A DNA stretch of 64,000 bases from the NCBI GenBank assembly GCA_023920165.1, contig CP089279.1:744001-808000 (forward strand), read 5' to 3'. Each line of letters begins with the position of its first letter. The first letter of the stretch is position 1. The notes beneath the pieces were generated by a model. The model was given only the letters and a program-made list of their open reading frames with translations, ran no database searches and was not told the origin of the DNA. This DNA is from Curvularia clavata (taxonomy: Eukaryota). Both the position numbers and the translations under genes were made by a program. This document shows, in pieces, positions 25,516 through 38,034 of the stretch.

Positions 25516-28081
25516 ATGGCAATGTCGTTACGGGCAGCGCGCCTGCTGGGCCGCAGGCAGATAGCAGTATGTTCTCCGGCACACCCCAAACTCCTCCATC
25601 TGACGTCGCATCCAGCCTCGGGTGAGCGTTGCTCTCCGCGCCTCTCCGCAACCGACTCGATTCCACGTCGCCCCGCGAGCCTTCTCTGTCTTCGCGAGCC
25701 GACGCGAGGCCCAGGATGTGTTCCCCTCACTGCGGGAGAGCCCAGCCGCCAGCTTCCTCTCGTCGCTCAACGAGACGCCCAAGACTCCCCAGACCCTCAC
25801 AGAAAAGATTGTCCAGCGACATGCTGTGGGCGTTGCGCCAGGCAAGGTCCTTCGTTCGGGCGACTATGTGACGTTGCAGCCGCACAAGTGCATGACACAC
25901 GATAACTCGTGGCCCGTTGCGCTCAAGTTTATGGGTATCGGGGCTACCAAGATCAACGACCCCTCGCAGATTGTCATGACTCTTGACCACGACGTCCAGA
26001 ACAAGTCAGAAAAGAACTTGAAGAAGTACAGCCAGATTGAGGAGTTTGCCAAGAACCAGAACGTTGTCTTCTACCCTGCGGGACGTGGCATTGGGCACCA
26101 GATCATGGTCGAGGAGGGTTATGCCTGGCCTGGCACCCTGGCCGTGGCCTCCGACAGCCACTCTAACATGTACGGTGGCATTGGATGTTTGGGTACTCCG
26201 GTCGTGCGAACCGATGCTGCAAGCATTTGGGCAACCGGCAAGACATGGTGGCAAATCCCACCCGTTGCAAAGGTTACACTCAACGGCAAGATGCCTGCGG
26301 GTGTGACTGGCAAGGACGTTATTGTAGCACTGGCTGGACTCTTCAACAAAGACGAGGTTCTCAACCATGCCATTGAGTTTACTGGAACCGATGAGACTCT
26401 CGGCAGTATCCCCATCGATGACCGTCTTACCATTGCGAACATGACTACTGAGTGGGGTGCTCTGACTGGACTGTTTCCCATTGATGCCACGCTTCATGGC
26501 TGGCTTCGAGCCAGAGCTACACTAGCAGCCATGGGAGAGGGCCAGGCCAAGGACCACCACCAGCAACAGTTCATCCACGAGCGCATTGACAAGTTGTTTA
26601 CCGCCACTGGCATTGTTGGTGAGAAGCTTGGCCATATCTTCAAGCCTGCGCTGGCAGCAGACAAGGGTGCTGTGTACGCTAAAGAGCTGTTCTTGGATCT
26701 TTCTACTTTATCCCCATATGTCTCGGGCCCCAACTCCGTCAAGGTTGCTACTCCTCTGCTGGAGTTGCAGAGCCAAAACATCCCCATCAACAAGGCTTAT
26801 CTCGTATCCTGCACCAACTCCCGTGCTTCTGATATTGCAGCTGCCGCAAACGTCTTCAAAGACGCAGCTATTCTGAACAATGGCAAGATCCCAAAGGTTG
26901 CAGACAACGTCAAATTTTACATTGCGGCTGCCTCTATCCCAGAACAAAAAGCCGCCGAGGAGGCAGGCGACTGGCAGACTCTCCTAGAAGCAGGCGCCGA
27001 GCCGCTGCCTTCAGGTTGCGGCCCTTGTATTGGTCTTGGTACTGGTCTTCTTGAGCCAGGTGAGGTTGGTATCAGTGCAAGCAACCGCAACTTCAAGGGT
27101 CGCATGGGCTCTCCTGATGCAAAGGCATACTTGGCTAGTCCCGAAGTCGTTGCAGCAAGCGCGCTTTCTGGCAAGATTTCTGGCCCTGGATGGTACCAGG
27201 CTCCCGAAGGTTATGAGGGCGTTCGACGAGGAGAAGGCGACGGTATTCCTGCCGAAGAGCGTATGATGACCATCGAAGACATGCTTGAGAAGGCAATCAA
27301 GGATGCTGAGGCTGCCATTGATACCTTTGGCAGCACTGAAACCGAAGCTCAGTCAGCAAACGCATCTGCGTCTGCAGGCTCGGAGGCTGAAACCTTGACC
27401 GAGATTCTGCCAGGCTTTCCGGAAAAGATTAGCGGCGAGATCGTCTTCTGCGACGCCGACAATATCAACACCGATGGTATCTACCCTGGCAAATACACGT
27501 ACCAGGACGACGTAACTCGCGAAAAGATGGCCGAGGTATGCATGGAGAACTACGACCCCAGCTTTGGCCAGGTAGCCAAGGCCGGCGATGTCCTTGTTAC
27601 AGGCTTCAACTTTGGATGCGGTAGCAGTCGTGAACAAGCCGCAACCGCCATTCTGGCCAAGGGCATTCCCCTAGTAGTTGCAGGCAGCTTTGGCAACATT
27701 TTCAGCAGGAACAGTATCAACAATGCCTTGATGGGTGTCGAGGTACCCAAGCTAGCCAATCGTCTCCGCGAGGTCTTTTCATCAAAGGATGCTTCGTCGT
27801 CACAGCAAGCCATCAAGGAGCCCTCAAACAACAGCGAATCGCTCGACTCGCCACCACCAGCGGCCGCCGCTCAGCCCAGCCAAGCTAAGCAGCTGACGCG
27901 CCGCACTGGATGGACTCTGGAGTGGGATGTCCGAAGAAGCACTGTTACTGTCCAGGAAGGACCGAACGGCCCCAAATGGAATGTAAAGGTTGGTGAGCTG
28001 CCACCAAATGTTCAGGAAATCATTGCTCTTGGTGGTTTGGAGAACTGGGTCAAGAAAGAGATTGGCAGTCCTCCATCGTGA
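25516..28081 (+). CDS. LYS4: Homoaconitase, mitochondrial (alpha-aminoadipate lysine pathway)
   Basis: Exon 1 [17 protein letters not shown] (25516-25566), intron 25567-25615; [37 protein letters not shown] and [10 protein letters not shown] motifs. Confidence 0.95.
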
Positions 28082-28276
28082 ACAGCGTAACGTGCGATGA
28101 AGCAGACTTGTAAAACTTTTCTTTATACCCATTTAGAAACGGCATGGGCGGCGTTCAAGAATCGTTCTAAAAAAATACATTACCGTTGAATACATGACTA
28201 CAGCTGGAACGTTGAATTGACCACATTTCTGCAACACCCGAATTCATCTCCAGAACTAACTGCATTTTGGGCTTGA

Positions 28277-29122
28277 TTACCTGTGGTATACAGGCATACC
28301 CTTCTCCCATCCCTTCAATCTACAGCAGTACCACGTGTCAGTCTCACTCGTGCCTTGTCCTGCACCACTTTTCTGATCGATACTCGCATACACGCTCCAC
28401 CCCTCCTCCTCCAACATCTCCATCAACGACATCAGTAGTTCCCTAACTTGCATCGTAGTCTTTCCCGTAGGCGACCATGGGTAGCCATGCAGCTCAAATT
28501 CCCAGATTCCGGGGGCATACTCGCCCTGCTCCTTGATCCAGTCACTTCCTATCCTTCCAGGCAGTGTTGCATAGAGCGAAGCCGGACAATCAATAAATCT
28601 CAAACGACTTTGCCTCGAAAAAGCTATACTGCACCATTCGTGGCGCGCAGGAGGCGGAGACTGGTAGCGGAACAACAGCGTATCTTTATCGGTAGCCGTC
28701 TTGCTGACATCGGTATTCAGCGTGAGGATCCAGCCCCAGGAATGCAATGTCGAGAGGACGCCTTTGACTAGGCGACGGGCTTGTGCGGCATCTTTTCCAT
28801 AGCCTGTCCATGGATAGCCTCCTAGTTTGATCTCGTGCGAGTTTGCATACGGTCGCTCGGAGGAGATGCCTTTGGGCCAGTTGGACAGAATAGCGCTGCG
28901 ACAGGCGGAGATGACAGGCTCTTGAAAGCGAAGAAATCTAATACGGTCCTCCATATGAAGAGATAGGGATGCAAAGCGTGTTGTGAAGGGTGGTGCTGAG
29001 GACGAGGATGCAGATGCGTAAGTTGGGGGTCCAGGGGTGAGTGTGGTGTCGCCTTGGTGTGAATCCATGGACTCATGTTTTGAGTGCCCTGATGGCGATT
29101 TTCCGCGAATCTTGTCGAACAT
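28277..29122 (-). CDS. Fungal hypothetical protein with an internal duplication (L-x-GYPW ... L-x-x-x-GW twice)
   Basis: Intronless ORF of about 280 codons from MFDKIRG; two similar halves (EIKLGGYPW..LHSWGW and EFELHGYPW..LEEEGW). Confidence 0.75.
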   Translation of the reverse strand: MFDKIRGKSPSGHSKHESMDSHQGDTTLTPGPPTYASASSSSAPPFTTRFASLSLHMEDRIRFLRFQEPVISACRSAILSNWPKGISSERPYANSHEIKLGGYPWTGYGKDAAQARRLVKGVLSTLHSWGWILTLNTDVSKTATDKDTLLFRYQSPPPARHEWCSIAFSRQSRLRFIDCPASLYATLPGRIGSDWIKEQGEYAPGIWEFELHGYPWSPTGKTTMQVRELLMSLMEMLEEEGWSVYASIDQKSGAGQGTSETDTWYCCRLKGWEKGMPVYHR

Positions 29123-29716
29123 GATGTTGTTGTGAGTTGGTGAGTTGGGGTTGGAGTAGCAGTTTGGGGCTGTGTATGGAGATGGTGATGGCTTTATATT
29201 CTGGAGAAGATCGCACGCCTGATGTTTATCTGTCAAGGATCTTCACCATCACATGCCCGCTGAGGCAGTGCTTGGGGGAGAGAGGATCTAGCTATATGAG
29301 GTAATAAGTCTTCAGAAGGTAAAGGTATGGTGTCTCTTCGGCGTAACGACCCCACCCTTCTCTGTGTGACTTGGAACAAACGTCAATCAGGTTGTATGAT
29401 TACAATTAGTCATCTAACTGGTTTTTAAAATGAATAAAGTAACTGAAAAAACTATGAAAATGGCACAAGGTTCTCACTAGAATACCATGACCTGGTGTTG
29501 CATGTGTTCCTGTCAGGATGGAATCCCGTCGACTAGCGGGGCTTAGCGGGGCGACACCGGACTGCACTCGCAACTTTTTTTGGTTTTCGCTGAACATCTT
29601 ATCTGTAGCTCCGATTTCTCACTGTTCGGCCGCCCAATTACTCTGCGCTGCAAGTTCCCTCTTCCGCCTAGCCAGTCCTTCGTGATTTTATTTCCTCATC
29701 GCACATTTTCCCTACA

Positions 29717-30878
29717 ATGACGCCATCACCTTCAGAAGCCGTAGCGAAAGTTGCGCAGGCCGCGTCGGGCACCAACTCGTCGGCCAAGGCATACAAGAGG
29801 GAGTCTAACACAGCCAGAGTCCTGGGTGCAGGTACATAAACCTCCCAGCAATTCAATCTTCAAGCCTGACAATTGTAGGATGTGCGGGAATTGCAGAGCT
29901 CATGGTGTTCCATCCGGTCGATACCACGGCGAAGCGATTGATGAGCAACATTGGCAAGGTGCGATACATTGGTACGATGCAGGGCGACACCATCTGACCC
30001 TGCGCATACAGATTGAGTCCGCCTCGCACTTGAACAAGGTCGTCTTCAAGGATATGGCCTCGGCGTCCGTCTCCAGCCGATTCCTGTCTCTCTTCCCCGG
30101 TCTCGGATACGCTGCAGCATACAAGGTACATGACACACTCAGAAGTAGAGGAGGGCTTTAATTGACAATGCTAGGTGCTCCAACGAGTGTATAAGTTTGG
30201 TGGCCAGCCTTTCGTCAGGGACTACCTTGCGCAAAACCACGGTGACAGCTTTGACCGCACATTTGGCAAGGGCAACGGCAAGGCGATCATGCACGCGACC
30301 GCAGGTTCGCTCATCGGTATTGGTGAAATCGTTCTCCTACCTTTGGACGTTCTCAAGATCAAGCGCCAAACAAACCCAGAGGCTTTCCGTGGCCGAGGAC
30401 TGGTGAAGATCGTCTCTGACGAGGGCTTTGGGCTCTACCGTGGTTGGGGATGGACGGCAGCACGTAACGCGCCCGGCTCATTTGCGGTATGTTCACCTAC
30501 CATGCATGAAAAAACAAGGCACAGGGACTGACGTCGTCACAGCTGTTTGGCGGTTCTGCCGTTGCCAAGGAATACCTCTACAAGCTCTCAGACTACAACT
30601 CGGCATCGTGGATGCAGAACTTTGTCGCATCCATCGCCGGTGCTAGCGCTTCGCTCGTTGTCTCTGCTCCTCTGGACGTTATCAAGACGCGTATCCAGAA
30701 CAGGAACTTTGAGAACCCAGAGAGCGGCTTCAGGATCGTTTCCAACATGATCAAGCACGAGGGTTTCACTTCCTTCTTCAAGGGACTGACACCCAAGCTG
30801 CTCATGACTGGCCCCAAGCTCGTCTTCTCCTTCTGGTTGGCACAAACGCTGATCCCTGCGTTTGGCAAGATAATGTAA
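29717..30878 (+). CDS. GGC1: Mitochondrial GTP/GDP carrier (Ggc1/Yhm1)
   Basis: Carrier signatures HPVDTTAKRL, LPLDVLKIK and APLDVIKTRIQ; QRVYKFGGQP; WTAARNAPGSFA; four canonical introns splice in frame. Confidence 0.92.
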
Positions 30879-31472
30879 TTTTGTAGGCTGGGCGTGATGT
30901 GTTTGATGTATGTACTATATGGGAAGCGCGGGGCTATCACTATGGGCGCCTGCGACTGACAGGCTGGGCTGCGTCTAATGTAACGACGTACGATAGACCG
31001 GGCACTTTTGGAAGCGAACTATACATTCTCCATTCTCTCAAAGGCTAGGCTGTTAACCGGTACACATGTGAAACCACGGCGAACCTGCGTCCTTTGTCAC
31101 GTGCGTGCGTCCACCGACACGGCCCCGGCTTATCGCGAGAGCCGTTTTGCTTATTGCAATTTAAGTGGTAACGGACTTCCAGATGGCAAGTCACATGTCA
31201 GACAGTGCTGTCAGTCTCACTAGGGTAGGCTAAGCGGCGCTCAGGCTGCCGTGAATGTGATGTTCTGTTGCGACGATCCGGCATGACCATGGGGCTGAGT
31301 GCCAAGCTCACGCCTCTGGTATCCGCAGGTGTGCACCTCATCCTCCACTTCCTCCACATCTCGTCCACCCCCGACGACGCGCGATACCCCACGATCTACC
31401 TATACAACCTACTTTTCTCAGCCTTCGCCTTCTAGTCCTTGCTTTTGCCATACCCCTTGTAACGCCGCAACC

Positions 31473-32426
31473 ATGAACCCCGAGTGGTACGTAACCTCCG
31501 TGCGAAGCCCACCGCCACAGCCTGAGAGACGATGGCCATGTACCCGGGTATAGAACCATGCTAACTTGAGTTACTACAGAGTGCTCTCCTTGTCCTGCAG
31601 CCCTGCTTCGGCGCTGCCGTCCCCGCTTGCACGAACAGCCCACTGACGCTTCTCGGCACAATAGATACGACTATCTCTTCAAGCTCCTCCTCATCGGAGA
31701 CTCTGGTGTCGGAAAGTCGTGCCTGCTCCTCCGTTTTGCCGACGACACATACACTGAGAGCTACATCTCAACCATCGGCGTTGACTTCGTGCGTCTGCCT
31801 GGACACTCGCTGCTGGTGCCTGCCACGGACTAACATGGACGACTAGAAAATCCGAACGATCGAGCTCGATGGCAAGACTGTGAAGCTGCAGATCGTGCGT
31901 ACACTCGATGAATGTATAGGTTTTGTTTGTGAGTACTAACAGTGTTTCTAGTGGGATACTGCCGGTCAAGAGCGTTTCCGCACCATCACCTCCTCCTACT
32001 ACCGTGGCGCTCACGGCATCTGCGTTGTCTACGATGTCACCGACATGGACTCATTCAACAACGTCAAGCAGTGGCTACAGGAGATTGACAGATATGCTAC
32101 CGAGGGCGTCAACAAGCTGTTGGTTGGTAACAAGTCCGATATGGCGGACAAGAAGGTTGTCGAGTACACCGTAGCAAAGGTACGTCCATGTCTTCGTTTT
32201 TCTATGACTTTGGCGCTTAACACATCAACAGGAATTCGCAGACAGCCTGGGCATTCCATTCCTGGAGACCTCCGCAAAGAGCGCTACCAACGTTGAGCAA
32301 GCTTTCCTTACCATGGCCCGCCAGATCAAGGAGCGCATGGGTACCACAACCGCCAACACCAAGCCCACAGTCCCCATCGGGCAAGGTCAGGGTGTGCAGA
32401 GCGGATCCGGCGGCGGCTGCTGCTAG
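31473..32426 (+). CDS. YPT1: Rab1/Ypt1 small GTPase
   Basis: [46 protein letters not shown] and C-terminal GGGCC. Complex first intron 31484-31664; further introns 31789-31846, 31895-31951 and 32180-32231. Confidence 0.97.
31484..31664 (+). other. Nested spliceosomal twin intron (stwintron, [D3,4]): inner intron 31487-31579 interrupts the outer donor GTG|AGT
   Basis: Two complete branch/acceptor sets (GCTAAC..TACAG ending 31579; ACTGAC..AATAG ending 31664). Of the routes using canonical donors, only two-step excision restores GA|A TAC GAC TAT (EYDY). Confidence 0.85.
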
Positions 32427-33366
32427 AGAAAGGAAGGCAAGAGTTCAAATGTGTCGGAGACACGTATAAGCGTTCAAGGACGAATGAGATACGACGTGGG
32501 CGCCTGATTTTGGGTCTACATGCGATTCCGAGAAGTGGAGTGGTACAACCTTAGTGCGCACTGATACAAGACGGCCGTATTCTCCCCTTTCGTCACACCC
32601 CTCTCCGTCTCCGTATCGGTCTTTGTGCTAGCATGGCGACGCAAACTCGCTTAGAATGGGGGCTCTCGTTTGGATTTCTGGGATATGCTGGTTTCTGCAT
32701 TGCAATTTGTGATGGCCGCTAGGTCCTCTGTTTCCTTCGGTGCGTTCTAGGTGTTCTTAATATGGACAATTATACTTTATCCCAGAGCTTCTTGCTTGCT
32801 TGGCATGCCGATGTGTAATGACGTACTGACACACAGCGGGCATCCTTGTGGTGGCGCCCAAAAGCAAGTTCTTAGTTCACGGTACGGTGCTTTTCTACCC
32901 ATGATAGACCGAGAACCCCCACTTGCTGTATTTGACTTGACCAGAGCAGATGCAGCTGTGTATGTGTTTTTTATGTTTTTTCTTTTTCAATATCAAATCC
33001 GTCTTTGGCGGCACTATAGCTATGTGACATGCGGTGTATGTATAGTCTCGCCCCCTTCCCGTTTCGGGTAACAAGTTGAAAAGTCGGCGCCAACCTATTG
33101 CGCGTCTCTTTCAGGCATCCACGTCGAATACCCGGGTCGAGTTTGGACAACAAGATCGCGTTTTATCGAGTCTTTTCTACTTTGATTTTCTCTCATCCTT
33201 GTCTATTTGCAGAACTGCACTGGTACTTTGCAGCATCTTGTTTCGCACTTCTTACCTGCCTCCCTCATCCTCACGACACCGACATTCGCTTCCGTGACCC
33301 TGCCGTATATCCGTGAATGACGACCTTACTGCGTTTCCGCCCCAACGTCTCATTTTCCACAGCAGC

Positions 33367-34902
33367 ATGTCTATCTACAGCAGCATCTTAAACGCTTTAC
33401 AATGGCTCTCCCAAGAATTCGGTCTCTCTACCATGAGAAAAACCGGCAAAGACGTCTACCTCATCATTCTGGCGCGCTATTTGCGCCTCTTTGCCTACGG
33501 CGCCGTAGCCCTCATTCTCGCGCTTTTCTTCCAAGAGCAAGGCTTCTCCGACGAGCAGATTGGCGCGTTCATGACGCTGACTTTGCTCGGGGACGTGGTG
33601 ATTAGCCTGCTGCTTACGCTTGTTGCGGATGCCTTGGGGCGCAGGCGCACGTTGCTGCTGGGTGCGTTGTCCATGGCGATTTCAGGCGCCGTGTTTGCGA
33701 CTACGAGTAACTATCTGGCGTTGCTTCTCGCGGCCATTGTGGGTGTGATTAGTCCAACGGGAAATGAGATTGGGCCGTTTAGGGCCATCGAGGAGTCGAC
33801 GTTGGCGCATTTGGTGGATGAGAAAGAGAGAGCCGATGTGTACACTTGGTATGTTGTCTTGGCGGTGCTGGGGACGTCGACGGGGCTGGCTGTGGGTGGT
33901 GTTGCGGTCGATAGGTTGTTGGCCAGAGAGGGCTGGACCGCGCTGGATGCGTATCGTGCGATTTTTTGGATCTACACGGCTGTGGGGTGCGTCAAGGCGT
34001 TGATGGCGCTCTCCATGAGCCAGCGGTGTGAGCAGCATGGCAAGATTGATAAGAATAATGATGCTCGTGCATCGGATGAGACTGAACCGTTACTGGCAAA
34101 TGCGGATGTACCAACTCAAGAGGAGGAGCCTGCGAAGCCTGAAAAGAAGAAGAGGTTTTGGCACTCAATCAGTACCATATCGAAACCCAGTCGCATAGTA
34201 CTAGTCAAGCTTTGCAGCTTGTTCTTTCTCGATTCTCTAGGCTCGGGCATGGCTCCTTTCAGTCTGATCAACTACTATCTGGACCGGAAGTTTAACCTGC
34301 CAAAAGGGAAACTGGGAGGCATCATGTCGGCAACTTGGTAAGTCTCAGTACTAAATATTTATGTTCGATTAGCTGACTGATGTTTTAGGTTTGTCTCAAC
34401 GTTTGGTAATGTCTTCTCCTCCAGCCTGGCTAAGCGCCTCGGCTTGATCCAAGCCATGGTATTTACTCATCTGCCATCCTCCGTCTTCCTGGCCTTACTT
34501 CCGGTTCCATCTGGTCTCGGACCAACCATTTTTCTACTTGTGGCTCGCTCTGTTCTCAACTCCATGGATCAAGCACCTCGGTCGGCTTTTCTTTCTATCG
34601 TTGTTCTACCAGAAGAGCGGACAGCGGTCATGGGTGTAGTCAACATCCTCAAGATATTGAGTCAGAGTAGCGGTCCGAGTGTTACGGGCCTCCTTGCCGG
34701 TAACAATCATTTCTGGGTTGCGTTTGTGGCGGCGGGCTGCCTGAAAGCAGTGTATGATGTTTTGTTACTGGTGTTTTTTGGGGGCAGAGTAGAGTCGCGC
34801 AAGCATACGATTACTGAGCAAGATGAGATTAGACAGGACACAGACGGGGCCATAGAGGAAAGTGCGTCTGGGGAACGGACCGAAGTCCAGAGGTCGGCTT
34901 GA
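33367..34902 (+). CDS. MFS transporter, substrate unknown
   Basis: Motif A-like ADALGRRRTLL; about 12 TM segments; intron 34338-34388. Confidence 0.88.
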
Positions 34903-35405
34903 TAGCCCGTGGCATGAGCTCTAGATGCTAAAGGTAGATGCAACTGGTGAGATCGCAGAATAGCAGCTTACAAGCCACTTTACGTTCTAGTAAATTACTA
35001 TTCTAAGACATCTGTAGGTATCACAGCTACTTATTGTTTACTATGTTCTTAGCAAATCCAACGTTACTTTTAAAAGCAACGGTAATTGCCATAACTAATC
35101 ATTTGTTTAATGTTCTCTTCATACTTACGACTCTACTTTCAAAGTGGCTGCAGTTGCTACAGTGGTCTATTGTTTACTGTGTTGAAAGCGTAGGGGATAC
35201 TGGTTTGGATTCTCCGGTCTACTGGTTGTCGGAGAGTGAAGGTAGACGTCGGCGGGTTGACACATGCCCTGCCGAGGGTTGGGGTCAGATTATTACTGTC
35301 AAACTCTATAAGCTTCTTAGCCAAACTACCGATTCAAAAGAAGTGAACCGAGTACTCTGATTACACTCTTTCGCCTTGCAATTGGTTCCTTTCTGCCGAA
35401 GAACT

Positions 35406-36144
35406 CTCCGCTCTGGGGTCCAAAGATAAGGTGCATATTGGGCCAGAAGATTCCATCAAGCCTTCGTCAAGGAACCTCAGGCGACGTCAAAGGTTGGAGG
35501 CTCTACCTCGGCGAACACCTTGGCATGGCTTTTGGGCTGACACGCTACCTGCTGTCCCCCTTGGCGGCAATTCTCTCCGACTCGCATGCGTACTTCTTCG
35601 CCGTGTTTTGCACTTCCCCATCATCACTTCCCCACACTTTCGGCGTTTGCGGGCGCCCCAGAAATGTCTCCCGCTGACTGGAGACCAATGGAATGGTCAT
35701 TCATCAGCGGGCATTCCTCCGCTCATCGGCTTTTGCTCTGCTAGCCAAGCGATATGCATGGATGCGGCACCCGCCAGACATGCCGACGATATCCCCTTTC
35801 CGAGCTTTCACCACGGCCGGTAACAAGTCTAACCGTTTCGCAGATGGTCACATGTCTGCCAGTCCAATCAAGAGCCCATGGCAATCGGGAGAGAACGACT
35901 TGCTCCACTTCTTCGCACGCGACCACGACCCTGGGTAGAGGTCCAACGCTTGGAGCTGCGCTTGGCCCGAACCATGCACTAGACCCCGCAAAAATTTTAT
36001 GCTTAAAGGCCGTCGCATATCCTTACCAGACCCAATGTCACGGTAGCAATCTTCCCCAGATTCCTTCTTTTCCTAGTTCTGTGTGACAGCAGTGTGGAGT
36101 GCGTGTGTGCTGCAGGACCCTCTTCCCCTCATTTACTTCCCCAC
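35406..36144. promoter_or_regulatory. Several CreA/Mig1-type SYGGRG sites upstream of the alpha-glucoside permease
   Basis: CTCCGC 35406, CTGGGG 35413, CCCCGC 35984, CCCCAG 36054, CCCCAC 36139. Consistent with glucose repression, but the motif is degenerate. Confidence 0.35.
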
Positions 36145-36220
36145 ATATTGATTTGCCCTAAAACCTGTCCAACGCCTCCCTCGGTCCGATTGTTGCTGCG
36201 TGGTAAACACTCACTTCACC

Positions 36221-38034
36221 ATGGCGGACGAGAAGGATATCCAACCTACTACTGCGCCTCCGGTGGATCATGATGTCGACCACGATGATCATCACAAGCT
36301 CGCTGCCAACAAGGTCGTCAACGATGCGCGAATGGCGTCGGATAAGGAGCGCAAAATGACCCTTTGGCAGGGTATCAAGCTCTATCCCAAAGCCATTGGC
36401 TGGTCTGTCCTTATCAGCACATGTATTGTCATGGAAGGCTACGACGTCTGTTTGCTCAACAATTTCTTCGGCTTCCCGCAGTTCAAGGAGAAATATGGCG
36501 AACAGCTGCCTGACGGCTCGTGGGAAATTCCTGCACCGTGGCAAGCCGGATTGTCCAACGGAGTTATCGTGGGAGAAATCATCGGATTGTTCTTGAACGG
36601 TTGGATTAGCGAGTGGATTGGTTACCGCTACACGGTCATGGGATGCCTGACTATGATCATGGGCTTTACGGCTATCTTCTTCACGGCGCAGACGGTTGTG
36701 CACCTACTTGTTGCAGAAATTTTGTGTGGTATTCCGTGGGGTGTTTTCCAGACCCTTACCATTACATATGCCTGCGAGGTTTGCCCTGTCGCACTTCGTG
36801 GATATTGTAAGTCAATTCTCTGTTTTTGTGTTAGGAAAATATACTTACATATTAATAGTGACAACTTATGTCAACTTCTGCTGGGGTCTGGGTCAGCTCA
36901 TTGGTATCGGTGTCATCCGTTCTCTCGTCAACCGACCAGACCAGTGGTCCTACCGCATCCCATATGCCCTCCAGTGGATGTGGCCCGTTCCACTCTTGAT
37001 CGGCGTCTTTCTCGCCCCTGAATCCCCATGGTGGCTTGTCCGCAAAGGCCGTCTCGACGATGCGAAGAAATCCTTGCTCCGACTCACCAGCCTCAACCGC
37101 GAGACTGACTTTGATGCCGATGAGACTGTAGCTATGATGGTGCACACGACCGCTCTCGAGGAGAAGATCACCCAAGGAGCATCTTACTGGGACTGTTTCA
37201 AGGGCACTGATTTGCGCCGTACAGAAATCGTCTGCATGGCATGGGCTATGCAAAATCTCAGTGGAAACGCCTTCTCAGGATACTCGTCTTACTTCCTCCA
37301 GCAAGCTGGTCTGTCGCCCTCCACATCTTACGACTTCGCCATGGGACAGTACGGCATCAACATGGCCGGTGTCTTCGGAGCCTGGTACCTGATGAAAGTC
37401 GGAATCGGCCGTCGTACACTCTACCTTGGTGGTCTCTGCGGCCTCTGCGCCATGCTGTTCGTCATGGGCTTCCTGGGTCTCGTACCAAAAGCCGATCGTG
37501 AAAAGGGTGCCATGGCAACAGGCGCCATGATGATTGTCTGGGCCATGTTCTACCAGCTCACTGTTGGAACAGTATGTTACTCGCTTGTCGCCGAACTTTC
37601 AACCCGTCGTCTCGCCATCAAGACTGTCGTCCTAGGCCGCAACTTGTACAATGTAATCGGTATCATAACATCCGTTCTGACACCCTACATGCTCAACCCT
37701 GGAGCGTGGAACTGGTAAGTCTTCAGGAAGACCTTTTCCTTCAACACTTCTTCATACAAATGCCTAACACCAAAACAGGGGCAACTATGCCGGATTCTTC
37801 TGGGGCGGCTCTTGCTTCCTTAGCATTGTCTACACCTACTTCCGCCTGCCCGAGCCGCGCGGCCGCTCCTTTGCCGAACTCGACCTGCTCTTCGAAAAGA
37901 AAGTCAGCGCCCGAAAATTCGCCACCACCCACGTCGACGTCTTCGAGGAGACCCATGTCGAGGGCACCGCCGTCTTCGACAAGTACGAGGAGAAAGTTGA
38001 TGCTGCTGTGAGAACTGAGTCTGTCGCTGCGTAA
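36221..38034 (+). CDS. Sugar porter family maltose/alpha-glucoside:H+ symporter (Mal11/Agt1-like)
   Basis: MEGYD, YACEVCPVALRGY, ALQWMWP, PESPWWLVRKGR, RRTEI and PEPRGRSFAELD motifs; two introns (about 36807-36858 and 37715-37778). Confidence 0.92.

Noticed and set aside
31473..31670. YPT1 as a pseudogene, or TGA recoded by readthrough or A-to-I editing (MNPE-W-YDY)
   Set aside because: The rest of the gene is intact, and nested splicing restores the exact conserved MNPEYDY using only canonical signals.
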